The notes under the pieces are model-generated. The model saw nothing but the letters and a program-made list of their open reading frames with translations. It was not told the DNA's origin and did no database searches. From an uncultured cyanobacterium (GTDB lineage: Bacteria; Cyanobacteriota; Cyanobacteriia; Phormidesmidales; Phormidesmidaceae), in NCBI GenBank assembly GCA_963793265.1, contig CAWBZI010000002.1, forward strand, positions 672,001 to 736,000: DNA of 64,000 nt, written 5' to 3'. Every line of letters starts with the position of its first letter. Position 1 is the first letter of the stretch. Position numbers and translations under genes: made by a program. Of this stretch, positions 1-9,671 are shown in pieces.

Positions 1-55
1 TGTGGGTGGGACGAGAGGAAATGCGACTTATGAACTGGCGATCGCGATAGACTAG
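1..55 (+). CDS. 3' end of a CDS entering from upstream of the window (…VGGTRGNATYELAIAID*)
   Basis: Frame from position 2 reads VGGTRGNATYELAIAID to TAG at 53-55; resembles the C-terminal beta-strands of secreted cyanobacterial proteins; partial. Confidence 0.5.
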   Translation, partial: VGGTRGNATYELAIAID

Positions 56-101
56 CCAAATCAACAATGTTCTATCACCATCAACAACCTATCAACAAAC
101 C

Positions 102-126
102 GTAGGGGCGTAAGGCTTTACGCCCT
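102..126 (+). repeat. GTAG-type REP-like palindrome
   Basis: GTAG followed by GGGCGTAA-ggct-TTACGCCC (8-bp stem) between convergent gene ends. Confidence 0.55.
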
Positions 127-153
127 CCGGCCCTCCGGGGCAATAATCCGCGC

Positions 154-666
154 CTACACACCAACCAACTCCGTATAGCCCTGAATATTCTCAGGCTCAA
201 ACTGTCGCAATACCCGAGTAGCCTCACGAATTAGATCTTCAGTGCCCTCAACAATAATCAAGTACTTCCCTTCATTCAAACGATTGCGATAGGGTAGCGC
301 ATCACCACTACCTACGGTTAAACCAACGCCACCACCCACTAGGTAAGCACCCAAACCGCCCGAGGCCGCACCTAAAATACCGCCAAAAATATGACTGCCC
401 AAATCACCAATCGGCAGCACATTAATTCCGGTCAGCACGTTAAACGCATAGCCCGCCACAAAGCCAAACGGCACCAGCCAATAGGCCAGCCGACTTGCGC
501 CCTTCTCAGCCTGCTTATTCGGGTTGATCAGGCCATATTCGTCAGCGCTCTTGAAGCCTCGCCCCAAAATATCAATGCGATCCTTATCAACGCCTTCTTT
601 CTCCAACGCAGTATAAGCTGCCTCAGCCTGCATTCTAGTCGGTAGCACTGCCACTAAGTAACTCAT
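154..666 (-). CDS. conserved hypothetical membrane protein (two Gly-rich hydrophobic segments)
   Basis: 170-aa ORF with Gly-rich TM segments and a C-terminal YRNRLNEGKYLIIVEG, typical of general-stress-protein-like cyanobacterial proteins. Confidence 0.75.
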   Translation of the reverse strand: MSYLVAVLPTRMQAEAAYTALEKEGVDKDRIDILGRGFKSADEYGLINPNKQAEKGASRLAYWLVPFGFVAGYAFNVLTGINVLPIGDLGSHIFGGILGAASGGLGAYLVGGGVGLTVGSGDALPYRNRLNEGKYLIIVEGTEDLIREATRVLRQFEPENIQGYTELVGV

Positions 667-797
667 ATAATTTTCTCCGAATTTGTTTAACGTGGTACCT
701 TTTATCGTAAGTAAGGTACGCAGCGTTCAACCTCTTGCTAGAGAATGGTTTCGTAAAGTGAAGTCAGCATGAACATTATTACGCGGAAGCTTACGCT

Positions 798-1125
798 TCA
801 GTTGGTTTTTTCCACAACGGCATATTGTCCTTTAGTTGGCATAGCTAGAGCCTCTAAAATATCAGAAGCTAGTGGTCGCAGGTCAGCGAGTCGATTGGAT
901 GGTACATGCAAAACTACAATAAAAAGAGAAAGTTCTCTCAAATTCTGTTGAAATGGCAAACTTCTATCAACCGTTATAAAAGCGTCGAATTCAACTTCCG
1001 CCAACAATAGAAGCTGTCCGTCCTTGACCCCCAGCCCAGCCCATTTGCGGAACTGTTTTAACCTCGTGGTTGTTAAGGCATTTTGAAAATCTGCGATCGA
1101 TGCATTCATCTAAAAGAATTCTCAT
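798..1125 (-). pseudogene. DUF5615 (PIN-like, VapC45-type) toxin, frameshifted
   Basis: ATG at 1125 reads MRILLDECIDRRFSKCLNNHEVKTVPQMGWAG; after one extra base in the C5 run (1028-1032) another frame continues VKDGQLLLLAEVEFDAFITVDRSLPFQQNL; total length 328 nt = 3n+1. Confidence 0.8.
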
Positions 1126-1126
1126 A

Positions 1127-1345
1127 CTAAGCAGCTTTCTCAACCAGCTGCCTACTTACTTCTTCTAAAAGCTCAATCACCTGATGCTTTGTTACCGTCG
1201 GAAATCCATCTAAAAAGTCATCAATTGACTCTCCTGCTTTTATATAATCCAAAAGAGTCTGAATAGGTACTCTTGTGCCCATAAAAACGGGTGTGCCGCT
1301 CATGACTTCTGAAGATACGCTAACTACAGATTCTTGCTTATTCAT
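1127..1345 (-). CDS. DUF433 family antitoxin
   Basis: EVMSGTPVFMGTRVPIQTLLDYIKAGESIDDFLDGFPTV is the DUF433 signature; immediately upstream of the PIN-like gene; start at MNKQ (1345) preferred. Confidence 0.88.
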   Translation of the reverse strand: MNKQESVVSVSSEVMSGTPVFMGTRVPIQTLLDYIKAGESIDDFLDGFPTVTKHQVIELLEEVSRQLVEKAA

Positions 1346-1378
1346 ACGTCTCCATAATGTGCGTACCAACCGTTAAAC

Positions 1379-2143
1379 TCATTTAATCATTTTACCGCTT
1401 TCTTTCAAAACAGTATCTACGACATCCAACATAAACTCAATAAATATGGTGCTACTAGCAGCTCTATCAGCATCTCCTAAAACCTGATAGTAGCGTCTCT
1501 GCCGATCTTCAATTACGCTTTCAATAGGCAAAAGGTAAAACAGCTCGTTCCAGTTCCCTAAAATCAAAGTCTGCCAGAGCCGACCCATCCTACCGTTGCC
1601 ATCCATAAAAGGATGGATAAACTCAAATTCATAGTGAAACACACAGCTCTTGATTAGGGGATGATCCTCTGCATTTTTCACCCAGTTCAGCAAATCTGTC
1701 ATCAAAACCGGTACTCTCTTAGCAGGTGGAGCCATATGAACAACCTGCTCGCCCTTTTGAATTCCCACACCGCCCTTCCGAAACTTCCCAGCATCTACCA
1801 AAATACCTGCCATTAAATACCGATGGGCCGTTAGCAAGTCTTCAACACTGACGGGATTCAAATTCGGCAAAACTTCGTAAGCTCGAATAGCCCCATGAAC
1901 TTCCTGAATCTCTCTCGGCTGACCCAGCACTCGCTTACCCTCAATAATAGCAGTCACCTGCTCCAGCGATAGCGTGTTGCCTTCAATCGCAAGCGTACTT
2001 TGAATCGTTTGAATCTGATTTTGTTTGCGTAGCTGCGGTGAGGATGTGAAGCTTTGGCTGTTAAGTCGTCCAACCTGCTCGGAGATAGAGCTGATAAGGT
2101 TGATAATTTTTGGACTGATATCGAAAGGCGGCTGATATGACAT
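1379..2143 (-). CDS. Fic family protein
   Basis: Canonical Fic motif HPFMDGNGRMGR; start MSYQPPF (2143) preferred over the TTG at 2200. Confidence 0.92.
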   Translation of the reverse strand: MSYQPPFDISPKIINLISSISEQVGRLNSQSFTSSPQLRKQNQIQTIQSTLAIEGNTLSLEQVTAIIEGKRVLGQPREIQEVHGAIRAYEVLPNLNPVSVEDLLTAHRYLMAGILVDAGKFRKGGVGIQKGEQVVHMAPPAKRVPVLMTDLLNWVKNAEDHPLIKSCVFHYEFEFIHPFMDGNGRMGRLWQTLILGNWNELFYLLPIESVIEDRQRRYYQVLGDADRAASSTIFIEFMLDVVDTVLKESGKMIK

Positions 2144-2239
2144 TACAAGATCATGTCGAAAATATGACGCACTTTGTTCTTCGCTCAAAATAGAGTTCAA
2201 CGTTTTTGATGTTAGTTCTCATCACTAAGCGCTGTTTCA

Positions 2240-3808
2240 TTACATACTGCTATCTTCAGACTTTTCAGGCTTGAGTAAGGGAAAGGCGATCGCATCCCTT
2301 ATACTCGCAGAATCCGTCAGCACCATCACCAATCGATCAATCCCAATCCCCATGCCCACAGTCGGTGGCATCCCATACTCTAGCGCCGTAATAAAGTCCT
2401 CATCAACGCTGTGGGCCTCCAAGTCCCCCGCCTCTTTCTTCGCCGCCTGTAATTCCAATCGCTCTCTTTGATCCACCGGATCGGTTAGCTCTGAAAAGCC
2501 GTTTGCCGTTTCGCGTCCAACAATAAACAATTCAAACCTCTCAACCAAGCCAGGCTTACTGCGGTGAGGCTTAGATAGCGGAGAAATCTCGATTGGATAG
2601 TCAATCACAAAAGTTGGCTGAATTAAAGTCTCTTCTACTTTTTGCTCAAACGCCTCATTCAGCACGTGCCCTACACTCTCGCAGCCGTCCACATCGCCAA
2701 CACCTGCATCCTTTGCAGCTTTCTTCGCCTCAGCCAAATCATCGAACTGACTAAAGTCAACGCCCGTTTTCTCTTTCACCGCCTCGTGCATGGTAATTCT
2801 CTTCCAAGGCTGTGCAAAGCTAATCTCCTCACCCTGATAAGTGAGCGTTTTGCTACCAGCAACTTCATCGGCAATCTGTTCAATCATGTTCTCAGTCAGC
2901 GCCATCATGTCGTTATAGTCGCCGTAAGCCTGATACATTTCAATCGTCGTAAACTCAGGGTTGTGCCGGGTAGAAATACCCTCGTTACGGAACACGCGGC
3001 CCAGCTCAAACACCTTTTCAAAGCCGCCTACTACCATCCGCTTTAGATGCAGCTCGGTTGCAATCCGTAAATACAGCTCCATATCTAGCGTATTGTGATA
3101 GGTCACAAAGGGCCGCGCCTCTGCGCCACCCGGCTCTGATTGCAGCACAGGCGTCTCTATTTCTAAGTAGCCCAGCTCATCTAAATGGCGGCGGATAGCA
3201 GCCGTGATCTTAGCCCGCTTGCGAAAGGTTTCACGGACTTCAGGATTGACGATTAGATCTACATAGCGCTGACGGTAGCGCTTAGCCACATCTGTAAGGC
3301 CGTGGAACTTATCAGGCAGCGGCAGCAGTGACTTTGTAAGCATGGCGTACTGCTTCACTTTTACCGACAGCTCGCCTTTATCAGTACGCTTAATCGTGCC
3401 GCGCGCACCAATAATATCGCCTGCATCCGTAAGCTGCTTAAGATGGTTGAAAGCCTGTTCGTCAGCTTCGCCCATTTCAGCTTGAATGGTCTTTTTCTCT
3501 AGATAGAGTTGAATGGTGCCGGTTTCGTCTTGCAGCGTGAAAAAAGCCAGCTTGCCGAACACGCGCCGCGCCATGATGCGCCCGGCAATAGAGACTTCAA
3601 AATCTTCTTCTGCGCCCGCTTCAAGTTCTGCAAACTTAGCCTGCAATTCAGACACCGGATGCGTTACGTCCCAGGTATAGGCGTAAGGCGTGAGGCCCGC
3701 TTGTTTCAACTCTTCTACCTTTGTCAGGCGAGTGGCGCGGATGCCTTCTAGGCCGGAATCGCTGCTGTCGTTAGGGGTAGGGGAGTTAGCGGACTTATCT
3801 GATGCCAT
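2240..3808 (-). CDS. lysS: lysine--tRNA ligase (class II)
   Basis: OB-fold anticodon domain ([12 protein letters not shown]), YRQRYVDL, motif 2 FRNEG..HNPEFT, motif 3 GMGIGIDRL; start MASDK preferred. Confidence 0.98.
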   Translation of the reverse strand: MASDKSANSPTPNDSSDSGLEGIRATRLTKVEELKQAGLTPYAYTWDVTHPVSELQAKFAELEAGAEEDFEVSIAGRIMARRVFGKLAFFTLQDETGTIQLYLEKKTIQAEMGEADEQAFNHLKQLTDAGDIIGARGTIKRTDKGELSVKVKQYAMLTKSLLPLPDKFHGLTDVAKRYRQRYVDLIVNPEVRETFRKRAKITAAIRRHLDELGYLEIETPVLQSEPGGAEARPFVTYHNTLDMELYLRIATELHLKRMVVGGFEKVFELGRVFRNEGISTRHNPEFTTIEMYQAYGDYNDMMALTENMIEQIADEVAGSKTLTYQGEEISFAQPWKRITMHEAVKEKTGVDFSQFDDLAEAKKAAKDAGVGDVDGCESVGHVLNEAFEQKVEETLIQPTFVIDYPIEISPLSKPHRSKPGLVERFELFIVGRETANGFSELTDPVDQRERLELQAAKKEAGDLEAHSVDEDFITALEYGMPPTVGMGIGIDRLVMVLTDSASIRDAIAFPLLKPEKSEDSSM

Positions 3809-3900
3809 TGGCTGAAACGATGGGGGTTTATTTGCAAGTCCCCATTGTATCGGTACAGGGCTTATCGGCACAGGGCCAGAACTACTACGCCCAGATATAC

Positions 3901-4521
3901 CTATTTGGAATCGCTCAAGACACCGTTTAGGAAAATGTCGGCTAGCGTTTCGGCCATTTCTCTCATGTCGTTAGGAGAGCTGGCTTCGTCGGCCATGGTG
4001 GACTGGCTGAAGCCTGAGACGGTGAACATGCCAAGGAAGATGCGGGCGACGACGCGGGGGTTCATTTTGCGGTATTCGCCTCTGTCCATTGCGGTTTGGA
4101 AGAAGGCTTCGGTGACATCGGTCATTTTGTCGATCACCTCAAGTTGGATGCGATCGCGCAACTCTGGATGAAACTGCGCTTCCATAAAGCACACCCGCAG
4201 CATATCCGTATTCGCATTTAAGCTCAGCATCCGCTTACGCATCACCTGCGCGACCGCCTTATAGCTCGCCATCTCACTTAGCTCAGTGAGCAAATCAGTC
4301 AAAATTTCCATCCAGCCACGCGTAGCAACTTCCACCAAAATCGCCTTCTTATTTTCAAAATGACGAAACAAAGTGCCTTCAGCAACACCAGCCGCCTCTG
4401 CCAGTTCGCGCGTCGTTGTACCGCCATAGCCACGCTTAGCAAACAGCTTCTCTGCCGCTTTCAAAATACGGTTCTGTGTCTCTTCTTCCTTCGACACGGT
4501 CTTTTGTTTGTAAAGCTGCAT
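3901..4521 (-). CDS. TetR/AcrR family transcriptional regulator
   Basis: N-terminal [40 protein letters not shown]. Confidence 0.93.
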   Translation of the reverse strand: MQLYKQKTVSKEEETQNRILKAAEKLFAKRGYGGTTTRELAEAAGVAEGTLFRHFENKKAILVEVATRGWMEILTDLLTELSEMASYKAVAQVMRKRMLSLNANTDMLRVCFMEAQFHPELRDRIQLEVIDKMTDVTEAFFQTAMDRGEYRKMNPRVVARIFLGMFTVSGFSQSTMADEASSPNDMREMAETLADIFLNGVLSDSK

Positions 4522-4615
4522 GGTTAAACCGATCTTGTGCTGGCATCATCTTTCACCCTACCGCTATTTTTCATTGATGGAGATTAAAACAAGTAGGGGA
4601 GTTCACAAAATAATA

Positions 4616-4818
4616 TTGTTTCCCTCCCTCTTTTGTAGGATATGACGTGACATTTTCTCGCTATGCACCATATATACCTGTAAGGCAGCAGTTCAAGAAG
4701 TGACACATCACTTAACACATGTCCGGCCAGGATGCCGACAGCATAGAAGAAAGAGTTGGGAACCTTACGGAACATGCTGCCTAGCGATGAAAACTAAGCA
4801 GGGAAAGTAGGGAAATAA
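4616..4818 (+). other. candidate structured leader RNA / ncRNA upstream of the P-loop NTPase
   Basis: Nested complementary segments 4616-4625/4809-4818, 4653-4663/4782-4793 and 4684-4694/4770-4781, plus hairpins 4698-4713 and 4720-4740. Confidence 0.4.
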
Positions 4819-6402
4819 ATGGGAGAAATGACAAGGGTGATGAATCGAAATACGGCGACTTGGTTTAATCCATTTGGCGAAGCTGACTGCGAATCAGAAG
4901 TAAAGCTGCTTAAAGAAGACTACAGTCGCTACTTTTTTTATCACACCCGGTTCAATAACCTGGCGCTTGATCCTAACGTATTTTTGATCATAGGCAGACG
5001 CGGCTCTGGTAAAACGGCGCTCTCTCAGTTTTTCTCCTTTCAAAAGCAGATGAGCGGGGCGATCGCAATTGATGTAGACGAACCCGCTGCCTTTGAAAAA
5101 GTTCTCGAAGACATCACCCTCAAAGCACCTCATGCCCGCGAAGTCGCCATTCCTCGTATTGCCACCATCTGGCACTTGGTCGTGTGGTCAGTGATCTTCC
5201 GCGAGCTAGAACACCTCGACCCGCGCATTCGCGCCGCCTGCATTTTTGGCACTCGCGAAGGCAAGCTGTCTACCTTTGTTCGCCACTGCCTTAAGGCCCT
5301 ACTCGACCGACTTGTGCAAAGTGACGACGATTTGCTCGACGAACTCGAAGACATCTTCGCGGATAGTCGCATACGCGCAGGCATGGCCGCTGTGCTTGAA
5401 ATTGCCAAAACCCGGCCTGTCATCATCGCCTTCGACACGCTGGAAAACTACGCCGTCCACGACCCCACCATGATGCGGGCCACCGCCGCGCTGATCAAAT
5501 GCGGCTCCGAATTTAACCGCGACTTCGCCCACCAGGGCGTACATATCAAAATTTTCGCTATGGCCGAAGTTTTTCCTCACCTCAAGGAAGAAATTATCCT
5601 TAACCCGCTCAAATCGGTACGCAACGAGGTGCACATGCACTGGCGACCCAAAGACTTGATGCGACTCATTAGCTGGCGCTTTTATAACTATCTTCAAGCG
5701 ATGGACATGCTGCTACCCGAGTCGCGCACGATTGACTGGGATAGCTCTACCGACGTGCTCGAAAAAATGTGGTATCCGTACTTTGGTCAAACGCTGCGCA
5801 ACGAGCAGGGCCTGCCAGAGAGAACCTTTCCCTATGTGCTCAGACACACGCAAATGCGGCCCCGGCAGCTCATTGTGCTGTGCAACGCGATCGCCCGCCG
5901 CGCCATCGAGAAGAAAACCTTTCCGCAGTTCCATCCCAACACTATCGTCAGCGCCGTTCAGCACCGCCAAAACTCCCTGGCCGAAGAAGTCATCAACTCC
6001 TATAGCTCCGTCTACCCCAAAGTAGGCCGCATTCTAGAGGCGCTCTCCGGCATTCCGATGATCTTCAAAGGCAACGAACTCGACAGGCGCGCGCCGCTAA
6101 CCGCTTCCGAATGGAGCGGTGAATACTCTCCGCATGGCTTCAGGCAGCTTGTTAGCGAACTGGGTGTGATTGGTCGCGTTCGTCACCTCAATCCCGAAGC
6201 AGGCTACGCCGAAGCAGACTTTGAATACAGCACTGAAAGCCGCCTGCCACTGCTTTCAAATAACACCTGTGCGGTTCACCCCATGTTCTACCGCAAGCTC
6301 AGCGTTCAATACGAAGATCGGGTTCGGGTGTACCCCTTCCCCGACCACGAAGACTTCAAGCCCTGGCGCATGGACAAATCAGGCCGCCCCATTTCCATTT
6401 AA
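4819..6402 (+). CDS. P-loop NTPase, Sll1717/FunZ-like family
   Basis: 527 aa; N-terminal NPFGEADCE, Walker A IIGRRGSGKT, Walker B-like VIIAFDTLE, HTQMRPRQLI, C-terminal LGVIG..VHPMFYRKL. Confidence 0.8.
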   Translation: MGEMTRVMNRNTATWFNPFGEADCESEVKLLKEDYSRYFFYHTRFNNLALDPNVFLIIGRRGSGKTALSQFFSFQKQMSGAIAIDVDEPAAFEKVLEDITLKAPHAREVAIPRIATIWHLVVWSVIFRELEHLDPRIRAACIFGTREGKLSTFVRHCLKALLDRLVQSDDDLLDELEDIFADSRIRAGMAAVLEIAKTRPVIIAFDTLENYAVHDPTMMRATAALIKCGSEFNRDFAHQGVHIKIFAMAEVFPHLKEEIILNPLKSVRNEVHMHWRPKDLMRLISWRFYNYLQAMDMLLPESRTIDWDSSTDVLEKMWYPYFGQTLRNEQGLPERTFPYVLRHTQMRPRQLIVLCNAIARRAIEKKTFPQFHPNTIVSAVQHRQNSLAEEVINSYSSVYPKVGRILEALSGIPMIFKGNELDRRAPLTASEWSGEYSPHGFRQLVSELGVIGRVRHLNPEAGYAEADFEYSTESRLPLLSNNTCAVHPMFYRKLSVQYEDRVRVYPFPDHEDFKPWRMDKSGRPISI

Positions 6403-6452
6403 GACAGATCCTCCACTAGGATCTCAATGAGCAGCCGCTAATATTCAAGGCT

Positions 6453-6617
6453 ATGTCTATTGTCATTCTCCTCATTACCATCTGGGTTGCCTACGTGCTC
6501 TCAGTAGCCGCAGATGCCTTCCCTAACATTTTATGGGGCTGGATACACCTGCCTGCCTGGCTACTTTGGCTACCTTTGATCGCCTTATTTGCCTGGTGCA
6601 TGGACGATGAGCCATAG
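6453..6617 (+). CDS. small Trp-rich membrane protein (54 aa, below the ORF-track cutoff)
   Basis: MSIVILLITIWVAYVLSVAADAFPNILWGWIHLPAWLLWLPLIALFAWCMDDEP*; two hydrophobic segments; AAGG upstream. Confidence 0.65.
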   Translation: MSIVILLITIWVAYVLSVAADAFPNILWGWIHLPAWLLWLPLIALFAWCMDDEP

Positions 6618-6760
6618 CCTTTTCGACCAAAAGCGTACTGTTACAGACATTTTCGCTTAGTATGAAGCTGAGATGAAGATAAGTTCATAATTTATCCGTT
6701 TTGAGAGAGATGGGTAAGGTGGATTTTAAAGCAAGTTCTTTTCGGCACATACATTTCCTC

Positions 6761-7129
6761 ATGAGCAAAAGTCACCTTTTTGAGCACCCTATCACTGAGC
6801 CTGACTTCGATTGGCAGCAGCTCAAACAGCTCGCGGGTGAAGACGCTACTTTTGAAGTTGAACTATTAGAGATGTTTTTGAGCGATGCTGAAAGCAGCTT
6901 GAAGCGGTTGGAGCAGGCGCTCGCAGCTCATAGCATTCAAACCATAGAAGACACCGCTCATTCTTTGCGAGGGGCGAGCGCTAATGTGGGTGCGATCGCC
7001 CTTGCCCGCAGCGTCCGTCGGCTCGAACAAACGGCCCGTAGCGGTCATTTAACGGAAGCTCAAACGCTGCTTCAGGAAATTGACCGGCATTGCCAAAAGG
7101 TACGGGCCTATCTGCACTCAAGACGCTAA
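6761..7129 (+). CDS. stand-alone Hpt (histidine phosphotransfer) domain protein
   Basis: FDWQQLKQLAGED..ELLEMF and AHSLRGASANVGA Hpt motif; start uncertain (6701-6761). Confidence 0.9.
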   Translation: MSKSHLFEHPITEPDFDWQQLKQLAGEDATFEVELLEMFLSDAESSLKRLEQALAAHSIQTIEDTAHSLRGASANVGAIALARSVRRLEQTARSGHLTEAQTLLQEIDRHCQKVRAYLHSRR

Positions 7130-7217
7130 AGGCACACAGCACTCATTGGCCTACTTCCAGTAACGATTTACACTGAACTTTTCTTTTGATGGTTGCCTTA
7201 ATTCAGCCAAACTGTAA

Positions 7218-7610
<393 letters not shown>

Positions 7611-7619
7611 AGCGCAGTC

Positions 7620-8339
7620 CTAAAACAGCGTTCCTAGCCAGAAGCAAACCGCCGCTGTACCGAGTGGAACGCTGAGGTTATCAATGCCGTACTTGGAGGC
7701 CGATTCTAGGGCAGCCGCGATCGCTGCCCCAATGCCCGCAGTCATCCAGGTTGCCATCACCGGCCCCTGCATCCAAAGCAAAATGCTGGCGCACACCACA
7801 TAGCTAACGACAAACATCGTCAGGCTACCTTCCCAGCTTTTTTTCTCACCCCAAATTTGGTACGGGTGCTGACCAAACCGCTGACCTACTAGCGCCGCTA
7901 AACCATCGCCCCAGGTCATCGTTAAGATACCAATCGCAGCATACTGCGGCTGCTGTATGGGCCAAAAGCAAATAATGAGGACGCCAATGCTCACCGCATA
8001 AAAAAAAGTGCCCAGGCTTTTGCGACCCACGCTGTTGATGCCCGGCAGCAGAGGAAAGCGATAGGAAAGTAACGCCACACTGCTAAAGAGAATAGACGCG
8101 GCAATTCCAGCCCAAGCAGGCACCGAGAGCCACCAGGCAATTAAAATCACGTGACCTGCGCCAATGTGGACAACCTTGCGCGTAATTTCGGGGCCATAGC
8201 CCAGCCGTCGCAAAGCTTCTGACGCGCCGCCGATGATGGCGAGCCAGGTTAAAACGATCGCGCTTTGGAGGAGTAAAAGAGGCAATTGTGAGGGCGGCTG
8301 ATGATTTTTTAGCAGGGGTGCGGGGTATCGCCCAGACAC
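7620..8339 (-). CDS. phytol/dolichol kinase family membrane protein (CTP-dependent polyprenol kinase)
   Basis: RKVVHIGAG, WGDGLAALVGQRFG, KKSWEGS and GIDNLSVP motifs; start uncertain. Confidence 0.88.
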   Translation of the reverse strand: MSGRYPAPLLKNHQPPSQLPLLLLQSAIVLTWLAIIGGASEALRRLGYGPEITRKVVHIGAGHVILIAWWLSVPAWAGIAASILFSSVALLSYRFPLLPGINSVGRKSLGTFFYAVSIGVLIICFWPIQQPQYAAIGILTMTWGDGLAALVGQRFGQHPYQIWGEKKSWEGSLTMFVVSYVVCASILLWMQGPVMATWMTAGIGAAIAAALESASKYGIDNLSVPLGTAAVCFWLGTLF

Positions 8340-8389
8340 TTTGACTGCTATCTTGATGTAGAAATTACTGACTTAACTATAGAGCACGC

Positions 8390-9118
8390 ATGGGTAAACC
8401 CTATCAGCGAGTACTGCTAAAACTTAGCGGTGAAGCCCTCATGGGTGATCTGGCCTACGGCATCGATCCGGGCATTGTTGACGCGATCGCCCAGGAAATA
8501 TCGGGCGTCGTCTCAGAAGGCATTGAGCTGGCCATCGTCGTGGGCGGCGGCAACATCTTTCGGGGCGTCAAAGGAGCTTCGGCAGGCATGGACAGAGCCA
8601 CCGCCGACTACATCGGCATGATTGCTACCATCATGAACGCCATGACCCTGCAAGATGCCCTAGAGCGCATCAATGTGCCCACGCGCGTACAAACGGCCAT
8701 CTCTATGCAGGAGCTAGCCGAGCCCTACATTCGCCGCCGCGCCATTCGCCACCTCGAAAAAGGCAGAGTCGTCATCTTCGGCGGCGGCTCAGGCAATCCC
8801 TTCTTCACCACCGACACCACCGCGGCCCTAAGAGCCGCTGAAATTAGCGCCGAAGTGCTCTTCAAGGCCACCAAGGTAGATGGTGTGTACGATAGCGATC
8901 CGGCAACCAATCCTGACGCCAGGCGCTTTAACTCGCTCACCTATAGCCACGTTTTGGCAAAAGATCTTAAAGTAATGGACAGCACCGCCATTGCGCTGTG
9001 CAAAGATAACAACATTCCAATCATGGTGTTTAACCTCTCAATGAGAGGGAATATCAACCGCGCCATGATGGGTGAACCTATTGGAACCATTGTGGGAGAG
9101 TCCTGTGAAGTTAGCTGA
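8390..9118 (+). CDS. pyrH: UMP kinase
   Basis: [29 protein letters not shown]. Confidence 0.98.
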   Translation: MGKPYQRVLLKLSGEALMGDLAYGIDPGIVDAIAQEISGVVSEGIELAIVVGGGNIFRGVKGASAGMDRATADYIGMIATIMNAMTLQDALERINVPTRVQTAISMQELAEPYIRRRAIRHLEKGRVVIFGGGSGNPFFTTDTTAALRAAEISAEVLFKATKVDGVYDSDPATNPDARRFNSLTYSHVLAKDLKVMDSTAIALCKDNNIPIMVFNLSMRGNINRAMMGEPIGTIVGESCEVS

Positions 9119-9662
9119 TTTAGGCGAAGTTGAAGCCGCGATGCAAAAAGCCGTTGAGTCTACTCAGCGCTCATTCAACACGATTCGCACCGGGCGGGCA
9201 AGCACATCGCTACTAGACCGGATTATGGTGGACTATTACGGCTCGCCAACGAGCCTGAAGTCGCTAGCCAACATCACTACGCCCGACGCGAGTACGCTGA
9301 TGATTCAGGCATTCGATCCTGGCTCAGTGCAGCTCATCGAAAAGGCCATCTCTATGTCTGATGTGGGCCTCGTGCCCAACAGTGACGGTACGCTAATTAG
9401 GCTCAATATTCCACCGCTCACGACCGAGCGCCGTCAGGAATTTGTCAAAATGGCCGGGAAATATGCCGAAGAAGGCCGGGTGTCGGTGCGCAACGTGCGT
9501 CGCGATGGCATTGACTTGGCCAAAAGCTTAGAAAAAGACGGTGATATTTCTGAAGACGAGTCTCGCGATATGCAAGACGAGGTTCAAAAGCTCACAGACA
9601 AATATACAAAGGCAATCGATCAGTCATTAGCCGATAAAGAGAAGGCCATTCAAACGGTCTAG
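9105..9662 (+). CDS. frr: ribosome recycling factor
   Basis: [26 protein letters not shown]; follows pyrH; GTG start at 9105 after GGAGAG. Confidence 0.97.
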   Translation: MKLADLGEVEAAMQKAVESTQRSFNTIRTGRASTSLLDRIMVDYYGSPTSLKSLANITTPDASTLMIQAFDPGSVQLIEKAISMSDVGLVPNSDGTLIRLNIPPLTTERRQEFVKMAGKYAEEGRVSVRNVRRDGIDLAKSLEKDGDISEDESRDMQDEVQKLTDKYTKAIDQSLADKEKAIQTV

Positions 9663-9671
9663 GCAAGCAGT

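Noticed and set aside
4616..4818. Retron msr-msd interpretation of the inverted repeats upstream of the NTPase
   Set aside because: No reverse transcriptase gene is recognisable in the window; the region is kept only as a generic structured-RNA candidate
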